NCBI GenBank assembly: GCA_016906335.1 | Contig: JADEYG010000007.1 | Span: 2,542,001 to 2,606,000 of the forward strand | Source of the DNA: Novakomyces olei | Taxonomy: Eukaryota | Direction of reading: 5' to 3' | DNA: 64,000 nt | Shown: positions 13,034 through 25,305 of the stretch, one piece after another | How positions within the stretch are numbered: position 1 is the first letter of the stretch | Layout of the letters: each line of letters opens with the position of its first letter | Made by a program: the position numbers and the translations under genes | The notes under the pieces: model-generated | Told to the model about the DNA's origin: nothing | What the model saw: only the letters and a program-made list of their open reading frames with translations | The model's database searches: none

Positions 13034-13618
13034 TGTATTTGCCGCTCGCTCTTGAGAGCTTCTAAGTTTACTCTTGTCAAAACCTAGTTTTGTCTGCCCC
13101 CCGTCATTTATCGCCACAAGACTTTTCTTGTCTTAAGCGCGTTTGTACGTGATCGTTCCTCTATATAACGTCATTGATAATAAAGGGTTCGATAACGGCT
13201 CGCTCAGTTGTTTGCGAGCTGTACATAAAACATTGAAAAACATGAAGAATAAATAAATAGAGTAAAATAAAATAATATAAAATGGAACTGAATAAAACGA
13301 AACGAAGCGAACCGTGGCATTCATCAAGCAGGTAAATGCTTCTATACAAGTGCTTGGCGCACTTGATTTGCTCTATCCAAAAAGATTTTAATTCGGAATA
13401 ATACTTGCGCCAATAGAAATTCAAATCAATACTTACCGTCAACACTTGAACTAAAAGACGGAGCTATGACAGGGAGCTGGTAGCCTTATTTTTCAATTGC
13501 ATATTAATATAAACTTCACACTAGATCACTATCAAACGAAACTAATCACAATCTTTTATATTGAAAAATCAAATCCAAAATCACTTTGGTTTTGTGAACT
13601 GCGCACACGAAAATTTCT

Positions 13619-14252
13619 TTACATGTCCACGTAGCAGATTGCCGTCTGCACATCACCGAACGGCTCAAATTTGTTGGTCTTGCCGCATTGGTCCATGTCC
13701 TCTCCGGTGTTGTATCGTGTGCCATCGTGTTCGAAGCTGATGTAGCAAACACCAGCAACAGAAGCATACACGGCAGTGACCTCCAGATCAGATGGAATCT
13801 CATCATCAGAAAAGGTGCAGACCTCGGTCCATCCATTGTTTCCTCCAGGCTTGCATTCGGATGGTGTAACTTGACGTCCAGACTTTGTAGTTATTTGGAC
13901 ACCGCTATTCTCAATAAGATCGCCTCCTTGAAACGCATAGCCCGGAATCACGACTAGAAATTAGAAATATGAAGCGAGAAAGGCGACCAATCAATTAAAA
14001 TAGTTAATTCAAATATGATTCGAGGGAAGAGTAAAATTTGAAGATTCGATTGTTAAAAAATTTTAAACTCTGAATAACTTTACAAAGGAAGAGAAGTAAA
14101 TTCGCTTGAAAAAAACAGTTCCACTTACACTGCTCGCAACGGAAAGCAACCTTTGTGTTTCCTGAGGTGTCCTTAGGCTCGGCCTGGCAGAAAGTAGCAA
14201 GGCCGGCGATACCGGTCAAAGCGATTGCAGCAAGTGTCTTCAGAGTATACAT
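13619..14252 (-). CDS. Small secreted cysteine-rich protein (152 aa), 1 intron (13954-14128)
   Basis: Signal-peptide-like MYTLKTLAAIALTGIAGLATFCQA, GTAAGT...CTAATTTCTAG intron joining in frame to the 13619-13951 ORF, six Cys in the mature part, TATAAAT upstream. Confidence 0.82.
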
Positions 14253-15874
14253 GATTTTGATTGATTTGCTTAATCTGACAAATAAACAATAATAAGTTTG
14301 ACTCAAGATACGATTCTTGCAGCTTCAGGCAAAAAAGCAGTCTATTTATACGCTATTGAATCGTGACCCGCAAGGTCATGGCTCGCGAGCGTGAAACAAC
14401 TGTTTCGGAGTAGAGCGTGCAAGCGAACAGTATGACAACATAAAAGGCAAGAGTGGACTGACGGACGGACGAGCCTCAGTCGACAGTTAAGAGTGAGAAT
14501 GTAAAAACGAGGCTCTTATTCGCGCTGTCATTCGCTAACAAATTTCCCTTCGCTCAAACAGGGTGTATCCCCACAAAGACGGAGCAGTGGTTTTATCTAA
14601 CGGGAAGGTGGATAGATCGTCGACGGACGTCGAAATTACCGCCTGCCGCCCGTTTCGAAGCAACTTTGATTATCGCACATTGTTCACGGGATCAGATGAT
14701 TGGACACCGTGGGATCAAGTCTCACAGAATACAACTTTATCTAGAAATAGAAGTCTAGCATTAATTTCCGATGGTCTTCGAGGACGCATACTTATTTACG
14801 TGATTACTTGTTGCGGAATACCGCCGATTAGGCTTCATTTAGCGACCTTTCGGGTATCAGGCTGTGCGAGCCACGCGTCAGGCATTTACCGAAATTTGTG
14901 TCACCACACTTACGTCATACTTTTGCCTATTCATTCTTACATCCCGCGGAAATCCAACGTCTGGTCAGCATTGGAGGTTAAACCCACAAGTTGTGCTGCA
15001 ACAAGGTCGACCCACCCAACTGTTCCCGTGAGTCAATCTTTACTCCGTGATCAAGGCTAGACACGGATTTCATAAGCCACATCTTTGGCACTGCTAAAAA
15101 CGGTATTATCTAATAGTCGTCGTTATGTGTGATGAATTGATTGACAATTGAATATTTTGCAATTGTATTTGCCAGCGATCTTATGGTTCCATTCAATAGG
15201 CAGCAATGAAACCAAACTAATAAGTAATCGGGTACCCGTCTGCGTACTAGAAGCCGTGAAGGAAATGTTAAAGTTGTTGTTCTTATTTTGTGTAATCACA
15301 GATTTACGCAAATTCCAAAGACTATGACAGATATCTTTATTCCAAGCGAGTACAATTTTAAGACGGACGAGTTCCGCTGCTTTCAAAGAACTCTCTTTAA
15401 TTGGGTCAAGGACAGAGCAGACTGGAGCTGATATTCTGCCACAGTATAAAAGCCTTTTTGAATTAGATTTGTAAAGAATTCCTGGCAAGGGACAATCATA
15501 TGGCAGGCGTATCACGGGATCATCTCGTGGTATTTGTTATATAGTGTTCCTCAGAATTATATGTTACTTATAATAAAGTAAGTGGACTTCCTGATTTTAG
15601 ACTCCATATATACTCGGTTGATCTGATAATTAACAAAGTTTAAACTATCTTTGACAGAATTACTTGGCTAGATTTGCACATATTGCGCTAGAGTTCGCTT
15701 AAAGATGACTAATCGCTGACAAACGCTCACGCGTTTGATTTCCTATGACGATGAAAGCTTTAAAAGACAGTAGTCGCGCCAAGTGTCTCGTCAAATCCCA
15801 GCTTTTGCATTTCGTATTGTCTGAAGATTATCTATTTACTCCACCATCAAGTAAATAGTTAAATTGACTGCAAA

Positions 15875-16717
15875 ATGACAAGCGTTGCGGTATACGGCAC
15901 TGACGGATTTCTTTTTTCTCCAGTATTTAAAGCTCTCACGCTACCAGCGTTTCGAAATCATTTCAAATTCCCTGTACGCGCAATTACGCGGAATAAAGGA
16001 GATAAACAGGATACTGCCGATCTCGAATACGTACAGGCAAACGATGAGCCGTCGTTGCTTCAGGCTTTCAAAGGATATGATGTCATTGTATCTTTGGTTG
16101 GTGTGAAGGCAGATTTGGATTTGTTGGCAAGGGTCGTTGTCGAAACACATCCGAAATTGTATATCCCCTCACAGTTCGGTGTGGATGTCGACACTATTTC
16201 TCTCGACATTCTCGGCTTCAAAAAGGCACATTCACAAAAAGTACGGGAAGGCGGTGTGAAGACTGTCGACGTCGCCACTTCGTTTTTCTTTGCACCGGGG
16301 TCCTGGAATGATAGCAAAGACTTGAATTTGGTGTTTAACCTTGAAGGCGAAAAGGCGGTAATTTTGGGGTCGCCCGATACTCAAGGCGCTTACACTTCTC
16401 TCGAAAATGTTGGAGAAACAGTGGCCTCTTTGGCTGCCTTTAAGGACCCGCAAAAGATCCCAGACAAAGTGAGAGTTGCATCATTTAAACAAACACTCGA
16501 GGAACGAGCAAATGCGATATTGGGGAAAAATTTTGCCAAGGAATATGTGCCATACACGGAAGCTCTTAAAACTTCGAAAAAGTTGTTGGAAGATGGCCAG
16601 GCTGATTTTATGTATTTTCTGAGAACGATATTTGCTTCAGGTGCTTTGAACTGGGATTGGGATTCGAACGAGCTGCTCAACCCGAAAGAATCGCTATTCA
16701 AATGGACATCACCGTAG
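15875..16717 (+). CDS. NmrA/isoflavone-reductase-like (CIP1-like) NAD(P)-binding protein
   Basis: N-terminal VAVYGTDGFL Rossmann-like motif, DVIVSLVG, KLYIPSQFG, YTSLENVG. Confidence 0.85.
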   Translation: MTSVAVYGTDGFLFSPVFKALTLPAFRNHFKFPVRAITRNKGDKQDTADLEYVQANDEPSLLQAFKGYDVIVSLVGVKADLDLLARVVVETHPKLYIPSQFGVDVDTISLDILGFKKAHSQKVREGGVKTVDVATSFFFAPGSWNDSKDLNLVFNLEGEKAVILGSPDTQGAYTSLENVGETVASLAAFKDPQKIPDKVRVASFKQTLEERANAILGKNFAKEYVPYTEALKTSKKLLEDGQADFMYFLRTIFASGALNWDWDSNELLNPKESLFKWTSP

Positions 16718-17425
16718 ATATTATTCAATTTTCAAAATTGGAGCCAGATTATAAATAAAAGTCAGTTGAAGTATGATTAATTTGTAAAATATTTGGTAGT
16801 TTGATGTGCGACGCTGAAATTAATCTCTTTTCATTACGGTAGTGTAGTTATCTCCCAACAAATAACACTTTACGTGGATCAGCTATAGTTTTTGCTTGAT
16901 AATGGGTTGCACCAAAATGATATTATTCTTTGGACACCGCTCCCGACAGTTTCTGCTCTATGTTGATCAAAGAAGCGGCTACTCATAATACTGTGATAAC
17001 ACTTGATAAGAAAGAATTTGTCAAAAATATTAAGAAACTGTCGTCTTGAGTAATTATGTTCAAACAGATGTCAAAACGTGTATCCGCGATTTATCATCCT
17101 CCACTAATTGAGCTTATTTGAACTCTTGTGTTTACTGGCTCATTTCATATGAAATAACCCCGCAACAAAGCGTACCAGATTATACTTAATTTTACGGATC
17201 GATAGATCAAGCCCACGTAAGATAGGCGATTAATATAGCCGTTATAGCCGAAAGTATTCTAAATTACGCATTTGACACGAATAGACCATTGGAGAAAATA
17301 GAAAAGGAAGGGTGGACGCAGAAAGCGCAGATAAATCTCTAACTGCAGGCAAAAAAGCAGCTTCAAACTCTTCGAAAACAACTCAGAATTATCTCAAGTC
17401 AATAAAGAAAGAGAAGAAAGCTGAA

Positions 17426-19242
17426 ATGGATTTTGACGAAGTTCCCGGCACTATTAAACTTGTGGATGTCAGCCATAACCTCAGCAGCCTAGCGCATAAC
17501 AGCCATGGAGACCACGATATTTTGCTACACCCAGTTCCTAGCACGAATCCTGAAGACCCGCTTAACTGGCCGGACTGGAGAAAAAATCTTTCAATCGCGA
17601 GTGCCTTAATATACGTAATTGCTATCGGCATTGCAACAGCAACTATATACTCTGTGCTCACCCCTATATCAGAAGCCACGGGACTAACATTATCAGATTT
17701 GAACAACGGAACAGGGTTTCTGTTTCTTTTTCTTGGTATTGGAAATCTTTTTTGGCAGCCAGTTGCACTTACATTTGGTCGACGAGGGGTTTATTTAATT
17801 TCATTGCTTGGATGTACCGGATTTACCATATGGACACCGCATGTTGACGGGTACCAGCAGTGGATAGCTAACAGGATTTTAATTGGTCTTTTCTCTGCAC
17901 CAGTTGAAAGTCTGGCAGAGGTCTCGATTGCAGACGTAACATTTGCTCATCAAAGGTCAACTTATATCGGTATATACATGCTTAGTTTACTGGGCTCCAA
18001 CTACTTTGCTCCCATAATAGCCGGGTTCATTGCAGACGGTCAGGGTTGGCCTTGGTCACTATACTGGGGAGGAATCATTACCTTTGGTGGTTTTATTATT
18101 CTCTTTTTCACCATGGAAGAGACCAAGTTTGATCGACGTGCCTATATTATTGAAGGTGATACTGCACCAGAGTCAATCGTAGCAAAAACTTCGAAAAGCG
18201 AAACGCTACCGTCGAAAGAAAAAGCCGATGAGAACCAAGTACAGTGTAATAAAGATGGTACAGCAACAGAAAACGGAATCGTTTATACTCGTAAATCATA
18301 CCTTCAAAAGCTATCATTCTTCACTTTTGACAAGAACTCCAAAGTTAATTGGATTCGGCTTTGGTCTCGACAGGTTGAGGTGTTGTTTTTCCCGGTCGTC
18401 TTTTGGAGTGGATTTATGTATGGCGCCAGCATTATTTGGTATTCTGTACTCAATGCTACTGCTTCAAGTGTGTTCTCGTCACCGCCTTACAACTTTTCTC
18501 CTGCAATGGCTGGTGTTACGTACGTTGCGCCTCTAATTGGAGCTTTACTGTCAAGCCAAATTTCCGGTCGTATGGGTGACTGGCTGGTTTTAATACTGGC
18601 CAGAAAGAATCGTGGTGTGTTTGAGCCGGAGCAGAGGCTTTGGCTTTATCTTATTTCAGCGCTAATTTGCCCTGCGGGATTGATTTTATGGGGTGTTGGA
18701 GCAGCTCGAGGGGTGTCTTGGGGCGGACTTTGCGTGGGATTTGGAATGATTGCTTTCACCTGCGTTATGGGAGGCACATTGCCTCTCACATATTCTATCG
18801 ACAGTTTCAAAAACATATCGGGTGACGCTGTGACTGCAATACTTCTAATACGGGTTAGATTATAATATTTTTTCAGTCATTTGTTTTTCAGGTTTATGTG
18901 GTTAAATATTGTTTGCAATCTATTCAATCCACAATGCCAACTTCATTTCATTCTATCTTTTGCGTTTACCGCGTACTCCCATATTTTTATTCTATGTATA
19001 AACGTGTCCTTATCTAAATATATTTCAGCAATAGCTAATTACAGAATTGCATGACCTTTGGCATGAACTATGGCATTACTCCGTTTATTGAGAAGTGTGG
19101 CTACCAAAATACGTTTGTAGCTTGTGCATTTATGTCTCTGGCTTTTTTCATGAGCTCGGTGCCGATGATTTATTTCGGAAAGCGGCTGAGAAAATTCAAC
19201 AAGCACCAATACATCCGTCTGTCAGAGACATCTATACATTAG
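17426..19242 (+). CDS. MFS transporter (DHA1/HOL1-like), 1 intron (18854-19044)
   Basis: VPGTIKLVD, LLHPVPSTNPEDPLNWP, FGRRGVYL, IADVTFAHQR, FEPEQRL, IR|NCMTFG. Confidence 0.92.
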
Positions 19243-19536
19243 AGCAGCTAGAGTTTGGGTTATTTTGAATTAGTAATTATTATTTCTTCGTATCTATATC
19301 CGAATTTTTCGTTAATTTGAAAACACTAACTAAGCCTCAGATAGTGGCGACAGCATTGCGACTGATATAATTATTATATATATTTTCTTAAAGTCTGATT
19401 GGATAATATATCTGGCGGTTATTCCAAACGTGGGATGAATCGATAAGAGGGAGCGGGAAATCTCCGAAACTTTTAATACAAGTGAAAACAATTCTCTACA
19501 TTGAAATAAATATTATACTTGTTCATAAGAACTAAA

Positions 19537-20930
19537 ATGGCATCGAGTCGACTTGCTCAACGCTGTAGAGCTTTGAGTAGGCATATAAACGGTGACGAGC
19601 TTTTTTCGGAGATTAACTCAACTGCCCAATTAGCTGGAAGTCTGCCTGAAGGTGGAGTTGAGCGGCTGGCATTAGATCAGCATGATTTAGTCATACGAAA
19701 ATGGTTCGCATCACAAGCTGCTCAGCTTGGATTACAATATTCTGTGAATGATATGGGATGCCAGCGAATTAGTCTTCCCGGCCTTGAAAACAATAGTCCG
19801 CCAATAGGTATTGGGAGTCATTTTGATACTACGCCAAAAGGCGGAAAGTTTGATGGCGTACTCGGTATGCTGTGTGGGCTGCAGGTGTTGCGGGCGTACA
19901 AATTAGCCGGCGTCGTTCCCCGATTCCCAATTTCTTTAATAAATTGGACGGGTGAGGAAGGATCGAGGTAATCCCGTTGAAGAGTAAATTCAGCCAGATG
20001 TTGTAAATTCAAGCTGGCTTACGACATAGATTTGGGCAAGGTTGTATTGCGAGCATGGTCTGGTCTGGAGTGACACCTATGGAAAGTGCTTGGAAGCAAA
20101 CAGATAATAAAGGAAATAGCTTATTGTCGGTATTGAGGCATACAGGATATTTGGGATCCGTAAAAACTGATCCATTCGATGATCCTCTGAGATGCCATTT
20201 TGAAGTACATATAGAACAAGGCAGCAGACTATCAGCAATGAACATTCCCTTAGCAGTAACTTCCTCAAATCAAGGAAGTTGCTGGTCTAAAGTTTGGCTG
20301 GAGGGCGTCAGCCGGCATTCTGAAACAACACCGTTTGTGGTAAGAAATGAGTATTATCTTTATATTTTTATTCCCTAATCTAATCTATTTTTGAAGGAGC
20401 GGCACGATGCACTTTGCGGTGCGGCCAGAATGATTTTGGCTATTCGGGATATATCGCGAGATTGTTATGGCGTTGGAACAGTTACTATAATAAACTCGCT
20501 ACCACAATCTGGCGCAAACATCCCTGGAAATACTGCATTTCTTTATTCCGTTCTGAATGAAGATAAAGCAATGCTTGATTTACAGAAAGCAAGAGTGGCG
20601 CAAGTGTTGGCTGAAATAGCTAAATCTGAAGGACTGAAGATTAAAGTTGAAAAGCAAATGGATATAGATCCATTTCAATACGATAAGAAGGCAGTCGAAA
20701 GTGTGCTTTGTGCTATGGACGAGCTTGGGTTACCACAAACCTCTTTAGTAAGTCATACAATGCACGACTCTTCGTTTACAAACAAAAAAGTACCGTCTGC
20801 TGTAATCTTTGTACGGTGCAAGGACGGAATTTCTCATAATCCGCTTGAGTATGCCTCATTGGAAGACTGCGAAATTGGTGCAAAGGCGCTATTGTATGCC
20901 GTAGAACATTTTTCGATTAATGCCGAATAA
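19537..20930 (+). CDS. M20-family Zn amidohydrolase (beta-ureidopropionase / N-carbamoyl-amino-acid hydrolase-like), 2 introns (19968-20029, 20340-20396)
   Basis: GSHFDT..GGKFDG, NWTGEEGSRF, HFEVHIEQG, HDS, GISHNPLEY metal-ligand motifs. Confidence 0.9.
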
Positions 20931-21698
20931 AGCTGCGCGAGGAGTACTCTTTATCATGACGCGCACTAAATTTAGCTTTATTGAACACGCACAGTAAACT
21001 GCCTAAACTCCACGTAAATGCGGACTCACATTGAGGATCAAATTTTCTAATGAGGGGCCAAAAAGATTTTAAAATTGACGCTGATAAACATAATTCGCAA
21101 TAGTTGAAATTAATATTTATTATAATTTTTTTGAGTTCTAGTCAATCTACAATTAATTCCTACTGGTCTAGTAGTTGTTCGCTTGATACTTTGATCTGAA
21201 CAATCAATGCAATCCAGATTATTATAAATCGCACAGATATTAAATTGTGAGACACACGCTCTTTAAAATTGAAGCAAGGAAATTTAAGATTAAAAGAGGA
21301 ATATATATTATAGAGCTTCATAGATACATAAACATTTATATATCTCTCCTTCCTCCCATCTCATGAAGAACTCATGAGCCCTAACATATGAGCATGATGG
21401 GGACATTTATTCAAGTTACAGGTATACAATATCGACCAGTGACAAATTTCAGCTAGAATTATGGACAAGTTTAATCTCAATCAGCCATTTATGCGTTGCT
21501 ACTAATATAATCGTCGAGAACACAGTTGCTACGGCACCAATGTACCGTGGTTTGGTGTGTCTCGTTTATTATAGAATACGGATCACTTTTACTTTAATTT
21601 CAGGCCAGAAAACTTTCGCTCTCTTTTGCTTATATCTAAAGTCTCCTAATATTAAATAGTACCAAGTTGCCAATAAGCAGATAGAGTTTCTCGCGGCA

Positions 21699-24600
21699 AT
21701 GCACGTGATAGACACGACAAGAGACCTGTCGGCGTTGCTCGAGGATCAGGTTCGAGCTACGCCAGAACTGATTGCGTTGGAGGACGGCGAAAGGGTTCTG
21801 ACTTATGCGCAGCTCGACCATGAAGTCTCAAAATTGGCTTCGAAATTGCGTCAGTTTGGCGTTGGACGCGACAGCTTAGTCGGGGTTCTGATGGGCCGAA
21901 GTGCGGACTATGTAATATCTTGCTTGGCAGCTCTTCGTGCTGGTGGAGCTTTTCTTGTTCTTGAACTTGCGTATCCGCCGCAAATGCTGGCTGATGCTAT
22001 TCGCTATGCTTTGCCAAAAGTTTTGGTTTCTCAGGCACAGCACATAGGACAACTGAAGACGAATATTCCTATCATTGCGATTGACGAGCTATCGTTACAA
22101 CCTAATGGTGAGGCAGTGGAAAGCTTGAAACGTACAGGAGAAAAGCTGAATGGGCACAATTTGCTCAACCACAATTCGGACCCATTGAGCGGAAGCGTTT
22201 CGAACGGAACTTGTTCTGAAACAGACACGATAAGTGCAAACGATCTGGATAGACTTGCGTTTGTCTCTTACTCCTCAGGAACAACAGGAAGGCCCAAAGG
22301 TATTGCCAATCCTCACAGAGCACCTGTTCTTTCGTATGATTTGCGCTTCAAATTGAGCGATTTACATCCCGGTGACCGTGTGGCCTGTAACGTGTTTTTC
22401 ATTTGGGAAATAATACGTCCTCTTCTGCGCGGAGCTACAGTGATAACTGTACCAGACGAGAAGAGTTACGATGCTACGGGACTGGTAGAATTGCTAAGGG
22501 CAAAGCGTGTCACTGAAACTCTAATGACTCCCACGCTATTGGCTACAATTTTAGCCCGTTATCCACAATTGGGAGAGCGCCTACCCCATCTAAGAACATT
22601 GTGGTTAAACGGGGAGGTCGTAACCACGGACTTAGCCCGTAGAGGCTTAAAAGCAATGCCAAAAGTCAGATTGCTCAATTGCTACAGCGCCAGTGAAACT
22701 CACGAAATTGCCTGTGGTGACATCCGAGAAATGTTTGATCCGGAAGCTCGGGTTGTTTCTGTTGGACCTCCAATGGACCCAAAGCATGCTTATATTTTGG
22801 ACAAATATGGGAAGCAAGTCGCGCTGGGCGACAGTGGGGAATTGGTTATCGGTGGAGATATGCTGGCCCGGGAATATTTAAACCTTCCGGAAACAACAGC
22901 GGAAGCTTTTCGCCCGGATCCCTTTGATGGAAGAGTCGGAGCACGGATGTACAGAACCGGAGATACTGCCCGCATTATTCCGTCATCAGGACTTTTGGAA
23001 ATTACGGGACGCGTTGGTACAATGATAAAAATCAGAGGGTACAGTGTATGGCCTGGAGCAGTAGAAAATGCTATTCTCGCACATTTAGCAGTCGCACATT
23101 GTGCAGTTGTAGCTCATGGCGAAGAGCTGGATCGGAAGCTGGTAGCGTATTTCGTCCCCGAAAAGGAAGGGATAGAAGAGGAGAATGAAAACAGTGAGAA
23201 TGTAGTTGGTAAAAACGGACAGCCAGAAGCGAACAACAGAGAGCTCAAGAGGCCATCAATTTCCATTGATAAACAGGGACTGAGTCCGTCAGCCCGAAGA
23301 GTCTTGTCTGCACATTTAGCTCATTATATGATCCCCACGCTTTGGGTGGAAATGGATCAGCTGCCTACGCACGAAGTATCAGGAAAAGTGAACCTTAAGG
23401 CTTTGCCTCCTCCTCAAGCCAGATATTCGCACACGAGTGCAGAAGAAAAATCGGAAAAGGATCAAAAAATAAGCCTTCAAGATATCGCTGCTATGTGGGC
23501 TGCCTCTCTAAATATTCCGTACAATGTTATTATGCAACAGGAGCATGATTTTTTCGATCTTGGAGGCCATTCGTTGGCGCTAGTTAATATCGTCACTCAG
23601 CTGACTTCCCGTTACGGGTTCCCTGTGCCACTGGCCGGTCTGGCCGGAAGTCCTACGCTTAAAGGCCATTTGCAAGTCATTTGCAACGCCCGTGATGGCC
23701 ATACTGCAGCAGTGCAGGCAGATTTGCCGCAAGTGCTGAAATCGGATGTTGTTTTGCCAGAGGATGTTTTTCCGGTAAAGCAAACTTTGTTTACTCGGCT
23801 GAGTGATGCCAAAGTCGTTTTGCTTACCGGTGTTACTGGATTCCTGGGGCCTTTTATACTCAACAGTATATTGGAAACGACTGACGCTCGTGTTATTTGT
23901 CTTGTACGCTTTGCCGATATTGCAAGCGATAAAAAGGCGGCTGGAATGGCTCGGGTTAGGAATACTCTATTGGATTTGGGTCTCTGGAAAGATGCAATCT
24001 TGGACAGAATAGAAATTTTACCAGCTAACCTTGGTCGCAGCCATTTGGGCCTGCCTACTGAACTTTACGAGGAAATCGTTGCTAGAGTAGAAGTTGTTAT
24101 TCACTCTGCTGCCTCTGTTAATTTATCCTATCCATACGCGGCCATGCAAGGCTCAAACGTGGTTGGCACACGAGAAATATTACGGTTTTCTTGTTTAGCT
24201 GGTGCAACACTGCATCATATATCAACGAACGGAGTTTTGCCTGGGTCGGTTAGTGGCTGGACTGAGGAGGCAATGGTACCCATTGATAAGGTGCCCACGG
24301 AGATTTCCGGGGGCTATGGCCAAACCAAATGGGTAGCGGAACAACTTGTTTTGGAGGCCGGCAAACGTGGGTTGCCCGTCCGAATCTACCGGCCGGGAAC
24401 CATAAGTGGGCATAGCCGGTTTGGATCAAGTAACACGTATGACTTACTGAACGCATTAATCGTGGAATCATTGCAAATAGGCTGTGCGCCGAAGGTTGAT
24501 GGATGGTACGCGGAAATGACACCTGTTGATTTTGTGAGTAGCGCAATCCGGGGGCTTGGGGATGTGCAAGAAACCGGCCAACAATTCGTTTTTCACATTG

Positions 24601-24938
24601 GTGATCCCAGACCGATAACCGCAAAGCACGTGTTTCAGATTTGTTCCGAACTAGGATATCCCACGCAACCACTTGAGTGGGATGAGTGGGTTAAAGTATG
24701 GACAGAGTCGCGTAGCAAAAGTGGGGACAATATTTTTACTATTGATATCCTCCGTCGTGGGATGCCTCAAGTTGAGAGTTTACGAGAAACGACGGTGCTT
24801 AATGATGCACTGACCAGTCCTTTTTTCAAACAATTGCATTTGGAAAGGCCGAGTGTAGATGACCGTCTTTGGCAGGTTTATCTGAGGCATTTTTACGGCA
24901 GAGGCTGGCTGCCCAGACTTCCACAGCAGAAAAAGTAA
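21699..24938 (+). CDS. NRPS-like A-T-R protein, homolog of glycine betaine reductase ATRR without the terminal R2 domain
   Basis: A domain (YSSGTTGRPKG, NCYSASETHE, YRTGD, KIRGYSV), T domain (DFFDLGGHSL), thioester reductase (LLTGVTGFLG, GYGQTKW). The N-terminus IDTTRDLSAL and IANPHRAPVLSY..RVACNVFFIWE match ATRR as I recall it. Confidence 0.9.
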   Translation: MHVIDTTRDLSALLEDQVRATPELIALEDGERVLTYAQLDHEVSKLASKLRQFGVGRDSLVGVLMGRSADYVISCLAALRAGGAFLVLELAYPPQMLADAIRYALPKVLVSQAQHIGQLKTNIPIIAIDELSLQPNGEAVESLKRTGEKLNGHNLLNHNSDPLSGSVSNGTCSETDTISANDLDRLAFVSYSSGTTGRPKGIANPHRAPVLSYDLRFKLSDLHPGDRVACNVFFIWEIIRPLLRGATVITVPDEKSYDATGLVELLRAKRVTETLMTPTLLATILARYPQLGERLPHLRTLWLNGEVVTTDLARRGLKAMPKVRLLNCYSASETHEIACGDIREMFDPEARVVSVGPPMDPKHAYILDKYGKQVALGDSGELVIGGDMLAREYLNLPETTAEAFRPDPFDGRVGARMYRTGDTARIIPSSGLLEITGRVGTMIKIRGYSVWPGAVENAILAHLAVAHCAVVAHGEELDRKLVAYFVPEKEGIEEENENSENVVGKNGQPEANNRELKRPSISIDKQGLSPSARRVLSAHLAHYMIPTLWVEMDQLPTHEVSGKVNLKALPPPQARYSHTSAEEKSEKDQKISLQDIAAMWAASLNIPYNVIMQQEHDFFDLGGHSLALVNIVTQLTSRYGFPVPLAGLAGSPTLKGHLQVICNARDGHTAAVQADLPQVLKSDVVLPEDVFPVKQTLFTRLSDAKVVLLTGVTGFLGPFILNSILETTDARVICLVRFADIASDKKAAGMARVRNTLLDLGLWKDAILDRIEILPANLGRSHLGLPTELYEEIVARVEVVIHSAASVNLSYPYAAMQGSNVVGTREILRFSCLAGATLHHISTNGVLPGSVSGWTEEAMVPIDKVPTEISGGYGQTKWVAEQLVLEAGKRGLPVRIYRPGTISGHSRFGSSNTYDLLNALIVESLQIGCAPKVDGWYAEMTPVDFVSSAIRGLGDVQETGQQFVFHIGDPRPITAKHVFQICSELGYPTQPLEWDEWVKVWTESRSKSGDNIFTIDILRRGMPQVESLRETTVLNDALTSPFFKQLHLERPSVDDRLWQVYLRHFYGRGWLPRLPQQKK

Positions 24939-25305
24939 GAATTTTTGAAGTGAGCAGTTGCATATTTTGGCTGAAGCAATATGATTTTAGAGATTTAGAA
25001 AAAATGCACACAATTGTTTAGCTGTTGCATTTCTTGTCATAAGATGAAAGGTTTTCTCGTGGTATATGAGAACTGCGTATGGTATTTATGTGTTAAGTTA
25101 ATACAAATGGGTTGGAAATTTAGAGCTTTAGTGACAGAGAATCTAATAATCTACTACATTATTTTGAGCCGTAGCAGGTAAAATGCTTTTCTTAATACGT
25201 TTATTCATATTTTTATTTATTTATCTGGACTATAAGTTATTAATCCACTTTATAAACACGCAACTATAAGAAAGTGCCCCTTTACTCTTCTAGTCCCTTG
25301 TTTAT

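Noticed and set aside
14563-15515. 165-aa and 130-aa ORFs between the secreted protein and the NmrA-like gene
   Set aside because: Non-ATG starts and no motifs or splice-supported model; treated as intergenic.
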